A DNA stretch of 64,000 bases from Terriglobia bacterium (lineage in GTDB: Bacteria > Acidobacteriota > Terriglobia > JAJPHL01 > JAPKYU01): contig CBDCVK010000010.1 of the NCBI GenBank assembly GCA_965223005.1, positions 192,001 through 256,000 on the forward strand, given 5' to 3'. Shown piece after piece: positions 37,239 through 48,975 of the stretch. A program made the position numbers and the translations under genes. The stretch's first letter is position 1; the number at the start of each line of letters is the position of its first letter. A model generated the notes under the pieces. That model was not told where the DNA came from, did no database searches, and worked only from the letters and a program-made list of their open reading frames with translations.

Positions 37239-37565
37239 ATGCCAAGCGTAGAAGAACTGCTGGAACTGCTCGAGGAGGATCCGAACGACCACATGTTGCG
37301 CTACGGGCTGGGAATGGAGTACCTGCGCGGGGAACAATACGCCGAAGCAATGGCGGCGTTCGAACAGACCATCCAGACGCAGCCCGGCTATTCCGTGGCC
37401 TACCGCGAACTGGCCCGCTGCCTGATGCGCCGTGGCCAGTCGGAGAAAGCCCGTCCGATCTTGATCCAAGGTAAGAAAGTCGCCACCGAAAAGAGCGACC
37501 TGCAGGTCATCAAGGACATCGAACAACTTCTGCGTGAGCTTCCGCCCTCTGCGCCCCAGCAATAA
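37239..37565 (+). CDS. Small TPR protein
   Basis: L.EDPND..LRYGL.MEY, P.YS.AY..LA. Confidence 0.8.
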   Translation: MPSVEELLELLEEDPNDHMLRYGLGMEYLRGEQYAEAMAAFEQTIQTQPGYSVAYRELARCLMRRGQSEKARPILIQGKKVATEKSDLQVIKDIEQLLRELPPSAPQQ

Positions 37566-37693
37566 CCCCAAGTTATCAGCGCAACAACAACATTAGCTCT
37601 TGCAGAGACTGCTGCCCGCGAGCACTCTGGGACTCATTAGGAAGGATGAAAGAGCGGGTGCCACAGTCGGTTCCGACGGCAGGAGAAGGACCA

Positions 37694-37813
37694 ATGGGCC
37701 TACCCGACGAAGAGCGTCCGGCGCAGAGCGAGACGCCTCCGGCGCAGAGCGAGACGCCTCCGGCGCAGCAGCCGACCTCCACTCGCAAGTATCCCGTCTT
37801 CGGCTACGAATAA
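37694..37813 (+). CDS. Unannotated 39-aa small ORF MGLPDEERPAQSETPPAQSETPPAQQPTSTRKYPVFGYE
   Basis: AGGAGAAGGA immediately before the ATG; contains an in-frame 21-bp tandem repeat; sits in an otherwise empty intergenic gap. Confidence 0.5.
   Translation: MGLPDEERPAQSETPPAQSETPPAQQPTSTRKYPVFGYE
37717..37768 (+). repeat. 21-bp tandem repeat TCCGGCGCAGAGCGAGACGCC, 2.5 copies
   Basis: Exact copies at 37717 and 37738, partial copy at 37759. Confidence 0.9.
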
Positions 37814-37961
37814 CCCTGTCTGACCTCCGCTTAGAGGCCGGGGAGCCGGGAGTTTTTGTCCCCGCATGCTCACTGCAAACAGACCCCAGTAATCTTCGGC
37901 TGGCTAGCACTGGCTGGGCATGACACAGAGCAGCGGGTCGGCTATGCTGGTGCCCGGGCCG

Positions 37962-38825
<864 letters not shown>

Positions 38826-38872
38826 AAAAGCAAATAGCTAAGAAAAAGCCGGGCAAAACAGCCGGGCAAGAA

Positions 38873-39994
38873 ATGGACCTGAACATTATCCAAGACCCAC
38901 GCCTTCGGCCGATCGCTGAAAGAGTACTCTCCGGGCAGCGGCTCTCATTCCAGGATGGATTGGCGCTTTTTGGCTCGGCGGACCTACTGGCGCTGGGCTA
39001 CCTGGCCAACCACGTCCGGGAGAAACTGCACGGCAAGGTCACCTACTTCAACGTCAACCGGCATATCAACCCCACCAACGTCTGCGTGGCCAGTTGCAAG
39101 CTGTGTGCCTTTGGGCGGAAGAAGAACGCGCCCGGCGCCTACACCATGTCCCTGGAGGAAGCCTGGCGCATCGCGGCCACCGGCTATACGGAGGCGGTCA
39201 CTGAGTTCCACATCGTGGGAGGGCTGCACCCGGATCTGCCGCTGGAGTGGTTCCTGGACCTGATTCGGGGGCTCCGCGAGCGCTTCCCGAGCGTGCATCT
39301 GAAGGCGTTTACCATGGTGGAGGTGGGGTACCTGGCGCGGCGCGCCCGGCTCTCGACCCGGGAGACACTGGAGCAGTTAAAAGAGGCCGGGGTGGGCTCG
39401 CTGCCCGGCGGCGGCGCGGAAGTCTTCAACGCCCGCATCCGTGAGATCATTGCCGCCCACAAGATCAGCGGCGAAGAGTGGCTGGAGACAGCGCGCACCG
39501 CCCACCAGATCGGGCTGCGCTCCAACGCCACCATGCTCTACGGCCACCTGGAGAATGACGAAGACCGCGTGGATCACCTCGTCCGGCTGCGCGAGTTGCA
39601 GGATGAGACCGGCGGCTTCATGACCTACATCCCTCTGGCTTTCCACCCGGCGCATACGGCGCTGGAGTTTCTGTCCTCGACCACCGGCTTTACCGATCTG
39701 AAGAACATCGCCGTCGGCCGGCTGCTGCTGGACAATTTTCCCCACGTCAAGGCCTACTGGATCATGATGACGCCCCGTGTGGCCCAGGTGGCGCTGCGAT
39801 TCGGCGCCGACGACATTGATGGCACGGTCATTGAAGAGAAGATTTACCACGACGCCGGCGCCACCACCGCGCAGTCACTGACCCGGGCCGAATTGCTGCG
39901 TCTGATCAGTGACGCCGGCCGCGAGCCGGTCGAGCGCGATACGCTCTACCACCCTGTTTCCCGCACCGAAGCCACCCTCACCGTCCAGGTCTGA
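38873..39994 (+). CDS. mqnE: Aminofutalosine synthase (radical SAM)
   Basis: NRHINPTNVCVASCKLCAF, HIVGGLHP, PGGGAE, NATMLYGH.E, H.KAYWIM, DGTV.EEKIYH.AGA. Confidence 0.9.
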   Translation: MDLNIIQDPRLRPIAERVLSGQRLSFQDGLALFGSADLLALGYLANHVREKLHGKVTYFNVNRHINPTNVCVASCKLCAFGRKKNAPGAYTMSLEEAWRIAATGYTEAVTEFHIVGGLHPDLPLEWFLDLIRGLRERFPSVHLKAFTMVEVGYLARRARLSTRETLEQLKEAGVGSLPGGGAEVFNARIREIIAAHKISGEEWLETARTAHQIGLRSNATMLYGHLENDEDRVDHLVRLRELQDETGGFMTYIPLAFHPAHTALEFLSSTTGFTDLKNIAVGRLLLDNFPHVKAYWIMMTPRVAQVALRFGADDIDGTVIEEKIYHDAGATTAQSLTRAELLRLISDAGREPVERDTLYHPVSRTEATLTVQV

Positions 39995-40027
39995 GTTCCC
40001 AAGGTCCGAGTTGTCCAGGTCCGAGTT
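39983..40027 (+). repeat. 15-bp tandem repeat, 3 copies, overlapping the mqnE stop
   Basis: GTCCAGGTCTGAGTT / CCCAAGGTCCGAGTT / GTCCAGGTCCGAGTT. Confidence 0.65.
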
Positions 40028-40125
40028 GCAATGACGCTTGTATTGGTCAAAAGACGAACTCCAAACCCGTAACTTTGCCGATTCCTTTGCGATGATAGAA
40101 TGCGCCAGAAAATGAGGTTTCTATC

Positions 40126-41075
40126 ATGCAGCGTCTTCTGATAGCGATGCTTCTGCTGGTCGGCCTTGGGCTGGCCGCGGGTTTCACCCATACTCGGGCC
40201 GGTGGTCCCGCGCGCCCTCAGTCCCAACCTGTCACGCAGAGCGGCCACACAAGCGCAGTCAATGATGTCGCCTTCAGCCCCGACGGGCGCTGGCTGGCTT
40301 CCGGAAGCTCGGACCTGACGGTTAGGCTGTGGGAGGCAGCTACGGGGCGCGAGGTGCGGACGCTGGCCGGCCACAGCAACTCGGTTGAAGCCGTCGCCTT
40401 CAGTCCCGACGGCCGCTGGCTGGCCTCGGGCAGCTGGGACAAGACGATCAAGCTGTGGGAGGTAGCCACGGGGCGTGAGGTGCGCACGCTGGATGGCCAC
40501 AGCAGCTGGATCGGAACCGTCGCCTTCAGTCCCGACGGCCGCTGGCTGGCCTCGGGCAGCTGGGATGGGCCGATCAAGTTGTGGGAGGTCGCCACGGGGC
40601 GCGAGGTGCGCGCTTTGGCCGGCCACACCGGCTCGGTCAATGGTGTCGCCTTTAGCCCCGACGGGCTCCGGCTGGCTTCGGCGAACGACGACGAGACTAT
40701 CAGGCTGTGGGAGGTAGCTACGGGGCGCGAGGTGCGCAAGCAGCCAGGCCGCCGCATGTGCATCACCTTCAGTCCCGACGGGCGCTGGCTGGCCACGGGG
40801 ACCTGGCGCAGGACGGTGCTGTTGGAGGCAGCCACGGGGCACGAGGTGCGCACACTGGCCGGTCACCGCGGCTGGGTTGGAGCCGTCGCCTTCAGTCCCG
40901 ACGGGCGCTGGCTGGCCTCTGCGAACGAGGACGAGACGGTCAAGCTGTGGGAGGTAGCCACGGGGCGCGAGGTGCGCACACTGGCCAGCCACCGCGGCGG
41001 TTTCGGAGCCGTCGTCCTCGTTCGGAGCCGTCGTCCTCGTTCCCGACGGGCGCTGACTGACCTCGGGGAGCAAGT
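40126..41075 (+). pseudogene. Secreted WD40-repeat protein, disrupted at its 3' end
   Basis: Signal peptide and near-identical 42-aa repeats. 19-bp duplication at 41002-41039 shifts the frame, and the next repeat has TGA in place of TGG. Confidence 0.75.
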
Positions 41076-41092
41076 ACAGCCTCACAAAGCCC

Positions 41093-43399
<2,307 letters not shown>

Positions 43400-43429
43400 G
43401 CAGGCCTCGGTTCAGGCACTTCGCTCGGG

Positions 43430-46321
43430 CTAAAACGAAAACCTCATAGTGAACCTGAACGTGCGGCCGTCGTTAAGGGTGCGAGTGATCTGGCCAAAAT
43501 GATCAGTCGTGAGTTGGCGGCCCGGTGCGGCGAATTGCGGGTGGTTGAGGAAATTGATGGACTCGGCCCGGAACAGGAGCGATTTGTCCCCGCCCAAGGA
43601 CCATCGCCGCGAGAGTCCAGCGTTGACGTTCCAGATGCCGTCCTTGCGGAAAGTGTTACGGCCCAGATTGCCCCGAAGTTCGGTGGGTTCGATGAATGAG
43701 AAAGCCGACTGCGGCAGCATCTTTTGGGAGGTGTCCGGGTTGTTGATCGTGCGGCCAAGAATTGAGGGATCCAGCAGAATCGGATTGTCGCTGCCGGCAC
43801 CGTCTACATTCCCGAAGCCGGGTGCGTCGGAGCCCGTTCTCACTTGAAACGGAGTGCCAGACTTCAGCAGAATGATGGAACTAATCTGCCACTGGCCCAG
43901 GATTCTACCAATCCAGCCGCTTTGCATCGGGCGAGATGGAGTCTCATAGTTGACGCGCCACAACAACGCGTGGGGCTGATCGAAAGAGCTGAGGCCTTTC
44001 ATCTCCCCCTGGTAGTCAAATCCACTTGGGCTTCGCGATCGGAACGCATTCGAGCCTGTGCTGGTGTAACCAGCCCCCAGGTCGATCGCTTTGCTAAACC
44101 AATAGGAGGCGTCGATCGTCAAACCCCTCCAATGGGGTAAGGTGAACCTGACCTTCCCGGCGTCGAAATACCCACGGGACCCGTTCAGAATACGCCTTAC
44201 CTCGAAGAACCGCTGGTCGGGTCTCCGTTCGTTGATCGTGCTCGTTGTTTGCGGAATGCCATCCACCAGCCGGGCGCGGTTCAAAGACCACGTGGTCAGA
44301 AGCCGGTGGGAGCGGCTGCCCACGTATCCAAGGGACAACTTCCACTCCCTTGCGAAGCGCAACTCCCAACTGAAATTGTATTGGTGGGAATAGGGAGAGA
44401 CCAACTTTGGATCGAGTTGAAAGATCGAACTTCGCGCGGCGGGATCTAGATCGGATGGCTGCGAATCCTTCAAGGGGTTGATCAAGTCGGGAACGTCGAC
44501 TGAGACAAGCAGATTCGTGGGTGGGTTGAATCGCGCTTGCCCGAACGTAACCGGGAAAATCTCGCCGTACTGCACCCCATAGGCGGCCCGCAATACGCCC
44601 CAGCGATCGCTCAAACGGTAGGCAAAGCCGAAACGCGGAGCCCAGTTGTTGCAGTCGCAATCGTAGGGAATGTCACTCAGACCGTTCACCTCCGACGGCT
44701 TCGTCACCGGCTGATACCGCAGACCCAGATTGAGCGTCAGCTTCCTATTGACCCGCCAAGCCTCCCCCACAAAGTACTCCATGTCCCAGTTCCGGAACCC
44801 GCGATGAACGTTGCCCAGCGCGACGGTGTAACTGCTGGGTGTACCCATGCGAAGGTTTTCAATCTGGTCGCGACCAAAATCGTTTCCAAAGCTAAAAAGG
44901 CCGCGGTGTCTCCAGCTTTCTACACCGTTGATCTGCCGTCGTAGTAACTGAAAGCCAGCGTACCAGGTGTGTCGGCCACGATTCTGCTGTACCCGCCCGG
45001 CGTAGCGGAACGCGTTCTGGGCCCGATCGACCGGGACTCTCGACGTGGGCCCAAGGAATTGAAGCGCACCACCTGCCCAGATCGCGGGTCCGATCGAGGT
45101 CTCCTCAGGAACCAACAGCGATCCGATGCGGTCGAAGCCAATCGAGAAATCCGTGGTGGTGCTCGGCGTCCAAGTGCGATTCCAGGTGATGCGCGCCCGG
45201 TGGTTCTTGGTGGTCGTGTCGGGGTTCTGGCCGCCGACAAGCTGGAAGGCTTCTACGTCTTGAAAAATCAAGTTGTAACGCAGGGAGAGACGGTCCTTGT
45301 CGCCCCAGGCCTGGTCGAGTACTCCCCCCACTCGATCGTTGTCGATCGTCTGCGGGGCATTGGTGTTGAGGAGGCGTGGGTTCCTGTCAGTTCGATTGGG
45401 CAGTTCGTCGGGATAGGCTGCCAGGATCCTCTCGACCATGGCGCGGGTGGCGGGGTCATTGGAGAGCGGGGTCCGCTCGTCTGCTTTTGGCACAAGGACA
45501 TTCCCGTTGACCTGGCCGCGTAGCTTTCGCTGGCTGGCGTTGACCGTCAGGCTGGCCCCCTCCCAAAGCGGAATGCCGAGGGAGAATCCGTAATCGTTGC
45601 TGCGAGCCGGTTGCACGTCTCCGACTTGAAAGAACGACCGAGCGCTGAAAATGCTGTTGTTGTGGCCCCAATAAAAGTCACCGTGAACGCGCTGGACCCT
45701 CGAAGGCTGCAGATGCAGCGGCGCCTTCGGAGGCCCTCCGAATTCGCTTCCGAAGTAGTCATGATCGACCCGAAATTCATGGATGATGGTGGCCGTCGTT
45801 CCCATCCGCACATTCAGTTCCCTGAGCACGTTGTTGTCGATGAGAAAGATGGAAACATTTTCGTTTCTGCGGGCCTCGCCCGCCAACGTATCCACCTCCC
45901 CAAGGAGGTTAACGGTCGTTCGCTCGCCCGAGGTCTCGGGGGCACCCTCGTCGAGGTTTTCCGACGAGGGTGCTGGTTCGGGTGGCTGGGCATCGCCCGG
46001 GCTCGAGGCCGAGTTTACCTCCCGGGCTGCCTGCTTCGGGACAGGCGCTTCGGCCTTTCGTGCCTGAGTGGTTTGTGCGGGACAGGGCTGGGCGGCCCGC
46101 CCCAGGGACCAAGGGGAGAGTAGAAGCGCGCAGCACAGCACGACCAGCAAGTCCCGACCCAGCCAAGCGGAATCTCGCACGGCAAGATTCCGCCGGGGAT
46201 AATGGTCCGTAGGACTGGTCCGCCCCAGCTTGGTACTCTTTCCCTGACAGACGATTCCCATCTCGCGGGAGCCAAGCTTCAAGTTTGCAGCAGTGCCGGC
46301 CTTCCCCCGGGGGCAATTCAA
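43430..46321 (-). CDS. TonB-dependent receptor-like outer-membrane beta-barrel (true start probably downstream)
   Basis: LTLNLGLRY, NNWAPRFGFAY, GNLGRNTFR, FRAES.NFLNHPQF, C-terminal R.SF. Confidence 0.88.
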   Translation of the reverse strand: MNCPRGKAGTAANLKLGSREMGIVCQGKSTKLGRTSPTDHYPRRNLAVRDSAWLGRDLLVVLCCALLLSPWSLGRAAQPCPAQTTQARKAEAPVPKQAAREVNSASSPGDAQPPEPAPSSENLDEGAPETSGERTTVNLLGEVDTLAGEARRNENVSIFLIDNNVLRELNVRMGTTATIIHEFRVDHDYFGSEFGGPPKAPLHLQPSRVQRVHGDFYWGHNNSIFSARSFFQVGDVQPARSNDYGFSLGIPLWEGASLTVNASQRKLRGQVNGNVLVPKADERTPLSNDPATRAMVERILAAYPDELPNRTDRNPRLLNTNAPQTIDNDRVGGVLDQAWGDKDRLSLRYNLIFQDVEAFQLVGGQNPDTTTKNHRARITWNRTWTPSTTTDFSIGFDRIGSLLVPEETSIGPAIWAGGALQFLGPTSRVPVDRAQNAFRYAGRVQQNRGRHTWYAGFQLLRRQINGVESWRHRGLFSFGNDFGRDQIENLRMGTPSSYTVALGNVHRGFRNWDMEYFVGEAWRVNRKLTLNLGLRYQPVTKPSEVNGLSDIPYDCDCNNWAPRFGFAYRLSDRWGVLRAAYGVQYGEIFPVTFGQARFNPPTNLLVSVDVPDLINPLKDSQPSDLDPAARSSIFQLDPKLVSPYSHQYNFSWELRFAREWKLSLGYVGSRSHRLLTTWSLNRARLVDGIPQTTSTINERRPDQRFFEVRRILNGSRGYFDAGKVRFTLPHWRGLTIDASYWFSKAIDLGAGYTSTGSNAFRSRSPSGFDYQGEMKGLSSFDQPHALLWRVNYETPSRPMQSGWIGRILGQWQISSIILLKSGTPFQVRTGSDAPGFGNVDGAGSDNPILLDPSILGRTINNPDTSQKMLPQSAFSFIEPTELRGNLGRNTFRKDGIWNVNAGLSRRWSLGGDKSLLFRAESINFLNHPQFAAPGRQLTTDHFGQITRTLNDGRTFRFTMRFSF

Positions 46322-46353
46322 CCAACCCTTGCGGGAGACAAGTGATTCTCCGC

Positions 46354-47151
46354 TTATCCAAACAACTCGCGGAAACGGGCCAGAGCCTGTTCATCATCAA
46401 CCAGAGGCATCGCTTCCAGCCCGACTACTCCTCGGTATCCAACCTCACGAAGAGCCTCTGCCACCTTGGGGTAATTAATTTCACCGGTGCCAGGCTCATG
46501 CCGACCCGGCACATCCGCGACATGGACATAACCGATATAAGGATGGTAGTCCCGGATAAGTTGAATCGTGTTCCCCTCCTCTATCTGCTGGTGGTAAATA
46601 TCGAAGAGGATCTTGACGCGGGGACTACCGACCTGTTCAATCAATCGCACTGCATCGCCGATCTTCGAAATCATATAGCCGGGGTGGTCGATTTTCGTGT
46701 TCAACGGCTCGAGGTTGTAAATGACATTGTGCTTTTCCGCCAGTTCGGCGATCCGGCACAGTGTCTTATAGGCGGTGATCCACCTCGTCGCCGGATGGTC
46801 GGCGATCGCATGGATGACTTCTCCGTTTGGGCCGAGTACTCCCAGCGACAGGACAAACTCGTTGCAGCGGAGCTTCTCCGCGGCAAGCAAGTCTTGGCGC
46901 AGGCTCGCGAGCAAAGGTTCCACCCCATCCGGGTGCACCATGCTCCCCTCAGTGGGTACTGCGATCGTGCTAATCTGGGTTTCCGCCTTTGCCAATGCGT
47001 CGATGTCAGGGCGCGCCAGCGTCCAGAACTCGGCTAGAAATCCTGCCTGATTCAATTTTTTCGCGCGCTCGGCGACGGGGAGACTGAGGTAAACCCATTC
47101 CGCACACACCGACAGCCGAAATGCGCCCTTCCGTCCTTCAGGAGTCAGCAT
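46354..47151 (-). CDS. Hydroxypyruvate isomerase (Hyi)-like TIM barrel
   Basis: LEPLNT..DHPGY, DIYH.Q..EGN, H.ADVPGRHEPGTGEINY. Confidence 0.88.
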   Translation of the reverse strand: MLTPEGRKGAFRLSVCAEWVYLSLPVAERAKKLNQAGFLAEFWTLARPDIDALAKAETQISTIAVPTEGSMVHPDGVEPLLASLRQDLLAAEKLRCNEFVLSLGVLGPNGEVIHAIADHPATRWITAYKTLCRIAELAEKHNVIYNLEPLNTKIDHPGYMISKIGDAVRLIEQVGSPRVKILFDIYHQQIEEGNTIQLIRDYHPYIGYVHVADVPGRHEPGTGEINYPKVAEALREVGYRGVVGLEAMPLVDDEQALARFRELFG

Positions 47152-47421
47152 GACGAAATCCTGCGATTACCGATTGCCTTCGCCCCTCCCGTTCTGCAGC
47201 TATCGAGGAGAACCCAACCGGAATTTCCGATTTTCATTTCTCCCTTCGCCGGAAAGCATACGCTAGCAGCACCGGCGTCTCAAGCTCATCTCGCCATGGC
47301 CTCTTCTGAGCGCCATCGGAAAAATCGGCCGTGGAGTCCAGATCCCATTCGCGCCCCCTGCCCATCCCTCGGACAGATGGTTAGCTCTTCGGGGTTCACT
47401 CTGTTATAAGTTTATCCTCCA

Positions 47422-48243
47422 ATGATGGCTATCCGTTGCCCGTCGTCGCAAGCGGTTCTAAGTCAGGGGGGCCCGCTCGCAGGTGTTTTGGTCATATTGT
47501 TCCTCGTTGCCCCTGGTGTATCGGCGGCTACTCTGCAGCGTAAGACCCTGGACAGCTGGCAGAAGTATGTGCGCCTGACGGAGGAGCGCGTCGAGCGGGA
47601 GCTTGCCCAAGAGACGTGGGAGGGCCTAGAGGAGGTGAGCGGCGACGAGATAAAGCTCGTCCGCATGCGCACGGTGGACAAGAAAGGCCGACCGGTCACC
47701 GCCGATGGCGGAATGATCCATCACTGGAGAGGCAGCGTCTTCATCCCCGGAGCTACCCTGGAGGAGGTGCTGAAATTTGTCCAGACGTATGACCAGCACT
47801 ACCGCTTCTTCCGTGAGGTGGAACAATCCCGGCTGATTTCGAGGGAAGGCGACACGTTCCAGATTTTTTACCGCCTCAAGAAAAAGAAGGTGGTCACGGC
47901 CGTGTACAACACCGAGCACACGGTTGTCTACCGGATCCTCGGACCAGGGCGCGCTTGCAGCCGCAGCGTGGCGACTCGTATCGCCGAACTGGAGGCGCCC
48001 GGAACCCCGGCCGAGAAAGAAAAGCCACCGGGAAAGGGCCGCGGCTTTCTCTGGCAGACGAACGGCTACTGGCGCCTCGCCGAACGTCAGGGGAGGGGTG
48101 TGGTGGTTGAGTGGGAGTCAATCAGCCTCAGTCGCAGCATTCCGCTGGGTCTGGGCTGGCTGGTGAAACCTCTTGTGGAATCAGTGCCCCGCCATTCGGC
48201 GGCCGACGTCCTCGGCGCGCTTCGCGACAAGCTCAAGAAATAA
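47422..48243 (+). CDS. Secreted conserved hypothetical protein (possible START/SRPBCC-like fold)
   Basis: Signal-like N-terminus; G.IHHW.G.VFIPG.TL, YNTEH, GFLW..N.YWR, ESISLSR.IP. Confidence 0.65.
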   Translation: MMAIRCPSSQAVLSQGGPLAGVLVILFLVAPGVSAATLQRKTLDSWQKYVRLTEERVERELAQETWEGLEEVSGDEIKLVRMRTVDKKGRPVTADGGMIHHWRGSVFIPGATLEEVLKFVQTYDQHYRFFREVEQSRLISREGDTFQIFYRLKKKKVVTAVYNTEHTVVYRILGPGRACSRSVATRIAELEAPGTPAEKEKPPGKGRGFLWQTNGYWRLAERQGRGVVVEWESISLSRSIPLGLGWLVKPLVESVPRHSAADVLGALRDKLKK

Positions 48244-48323
48244 CGAGCTCTGCTCTCTATCCGCTGCGTGCCTGTGAGGATTCTCAAAAGGACCGGGCGG
48301 AACCCGGGAAGCGCGTGAGGGTC

Positions 48324-48899
48324 CTAGCTATCGGGGGAGATGACGACCAGAGTCTGGTCGTCCGACTGCGGCGCGCCCCCTGTGAATTCCCGAACCCTGG
48401 AAACGATGGAGACAATGGTGGCCTCAGGAGACCCATCGGGCGAGGCCCGGACACTGTCCACCAGGCCCTCGATGCCGAACATTTCGTCAGCGGCATTGGT
48501 CGCTTCCACCAGCCCGTCGGTATAGAGTAGCAGCACGTCGCCAGGCAACAGGTCGGTCTGGGCGCGGGTGTAGCTGACGTTGGGCAGCAGCCCCAGCACC
48601 GTGCCTCCCTCCTCCAGTTGTTCGCAGCTGCCGTCCTTATGGATCAGGACCGGCGGATTGTGCCCGGCGTTGATGAAGTGCAGCTTGCTGCTTTCGCTGT
48701 CCAACAAAGCCAGGAACAGGGTGACGAACATGCGGCCATCCGTGTAGTCGTGAATGACCTCGTTCATCCTGACCAGCAGGCGTTCGAAGGAGTGCACGCC
48801 CACCAGCATGGCTCGGAGCGTGGCCTGCAACGTTAGGTTCGCGGCCACTGAGAAGGCAGTATTGCCGCCCCCCAATATGGTGACAGCTTCATGTGCCAT
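48324..48899 (-). pseudogene. Chimeric ORF: 24-aa opine-dehydrogenase-like N-terminus fused to the C-terminal half of a SpoIIE/PP2C phosphatase
   Basis: VTILGGGNTAFSVAANLTL joined to QATLRA...FVTLF...NAGHNPP...LYTDGL.EA...DDQT; the N-terminal PP2C motifs are absent. Confidence 0.65.
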
Positions 48900-48975
48900 A
48901 GAATCTGCTCCTACCGACAAGTCATTGCGCCCAGTCGCGTGGCCAGGAATCGGACTTCAAGAAGCACGCGCTGGG

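Noticed and set aside
37717-37768. Possible mini-CRISPR (also considered for 21908-21952 and 39983-40027)
   Set aside because: Repeats are tandem or too short, with no spacer-sized unique sequences and no cas genes.
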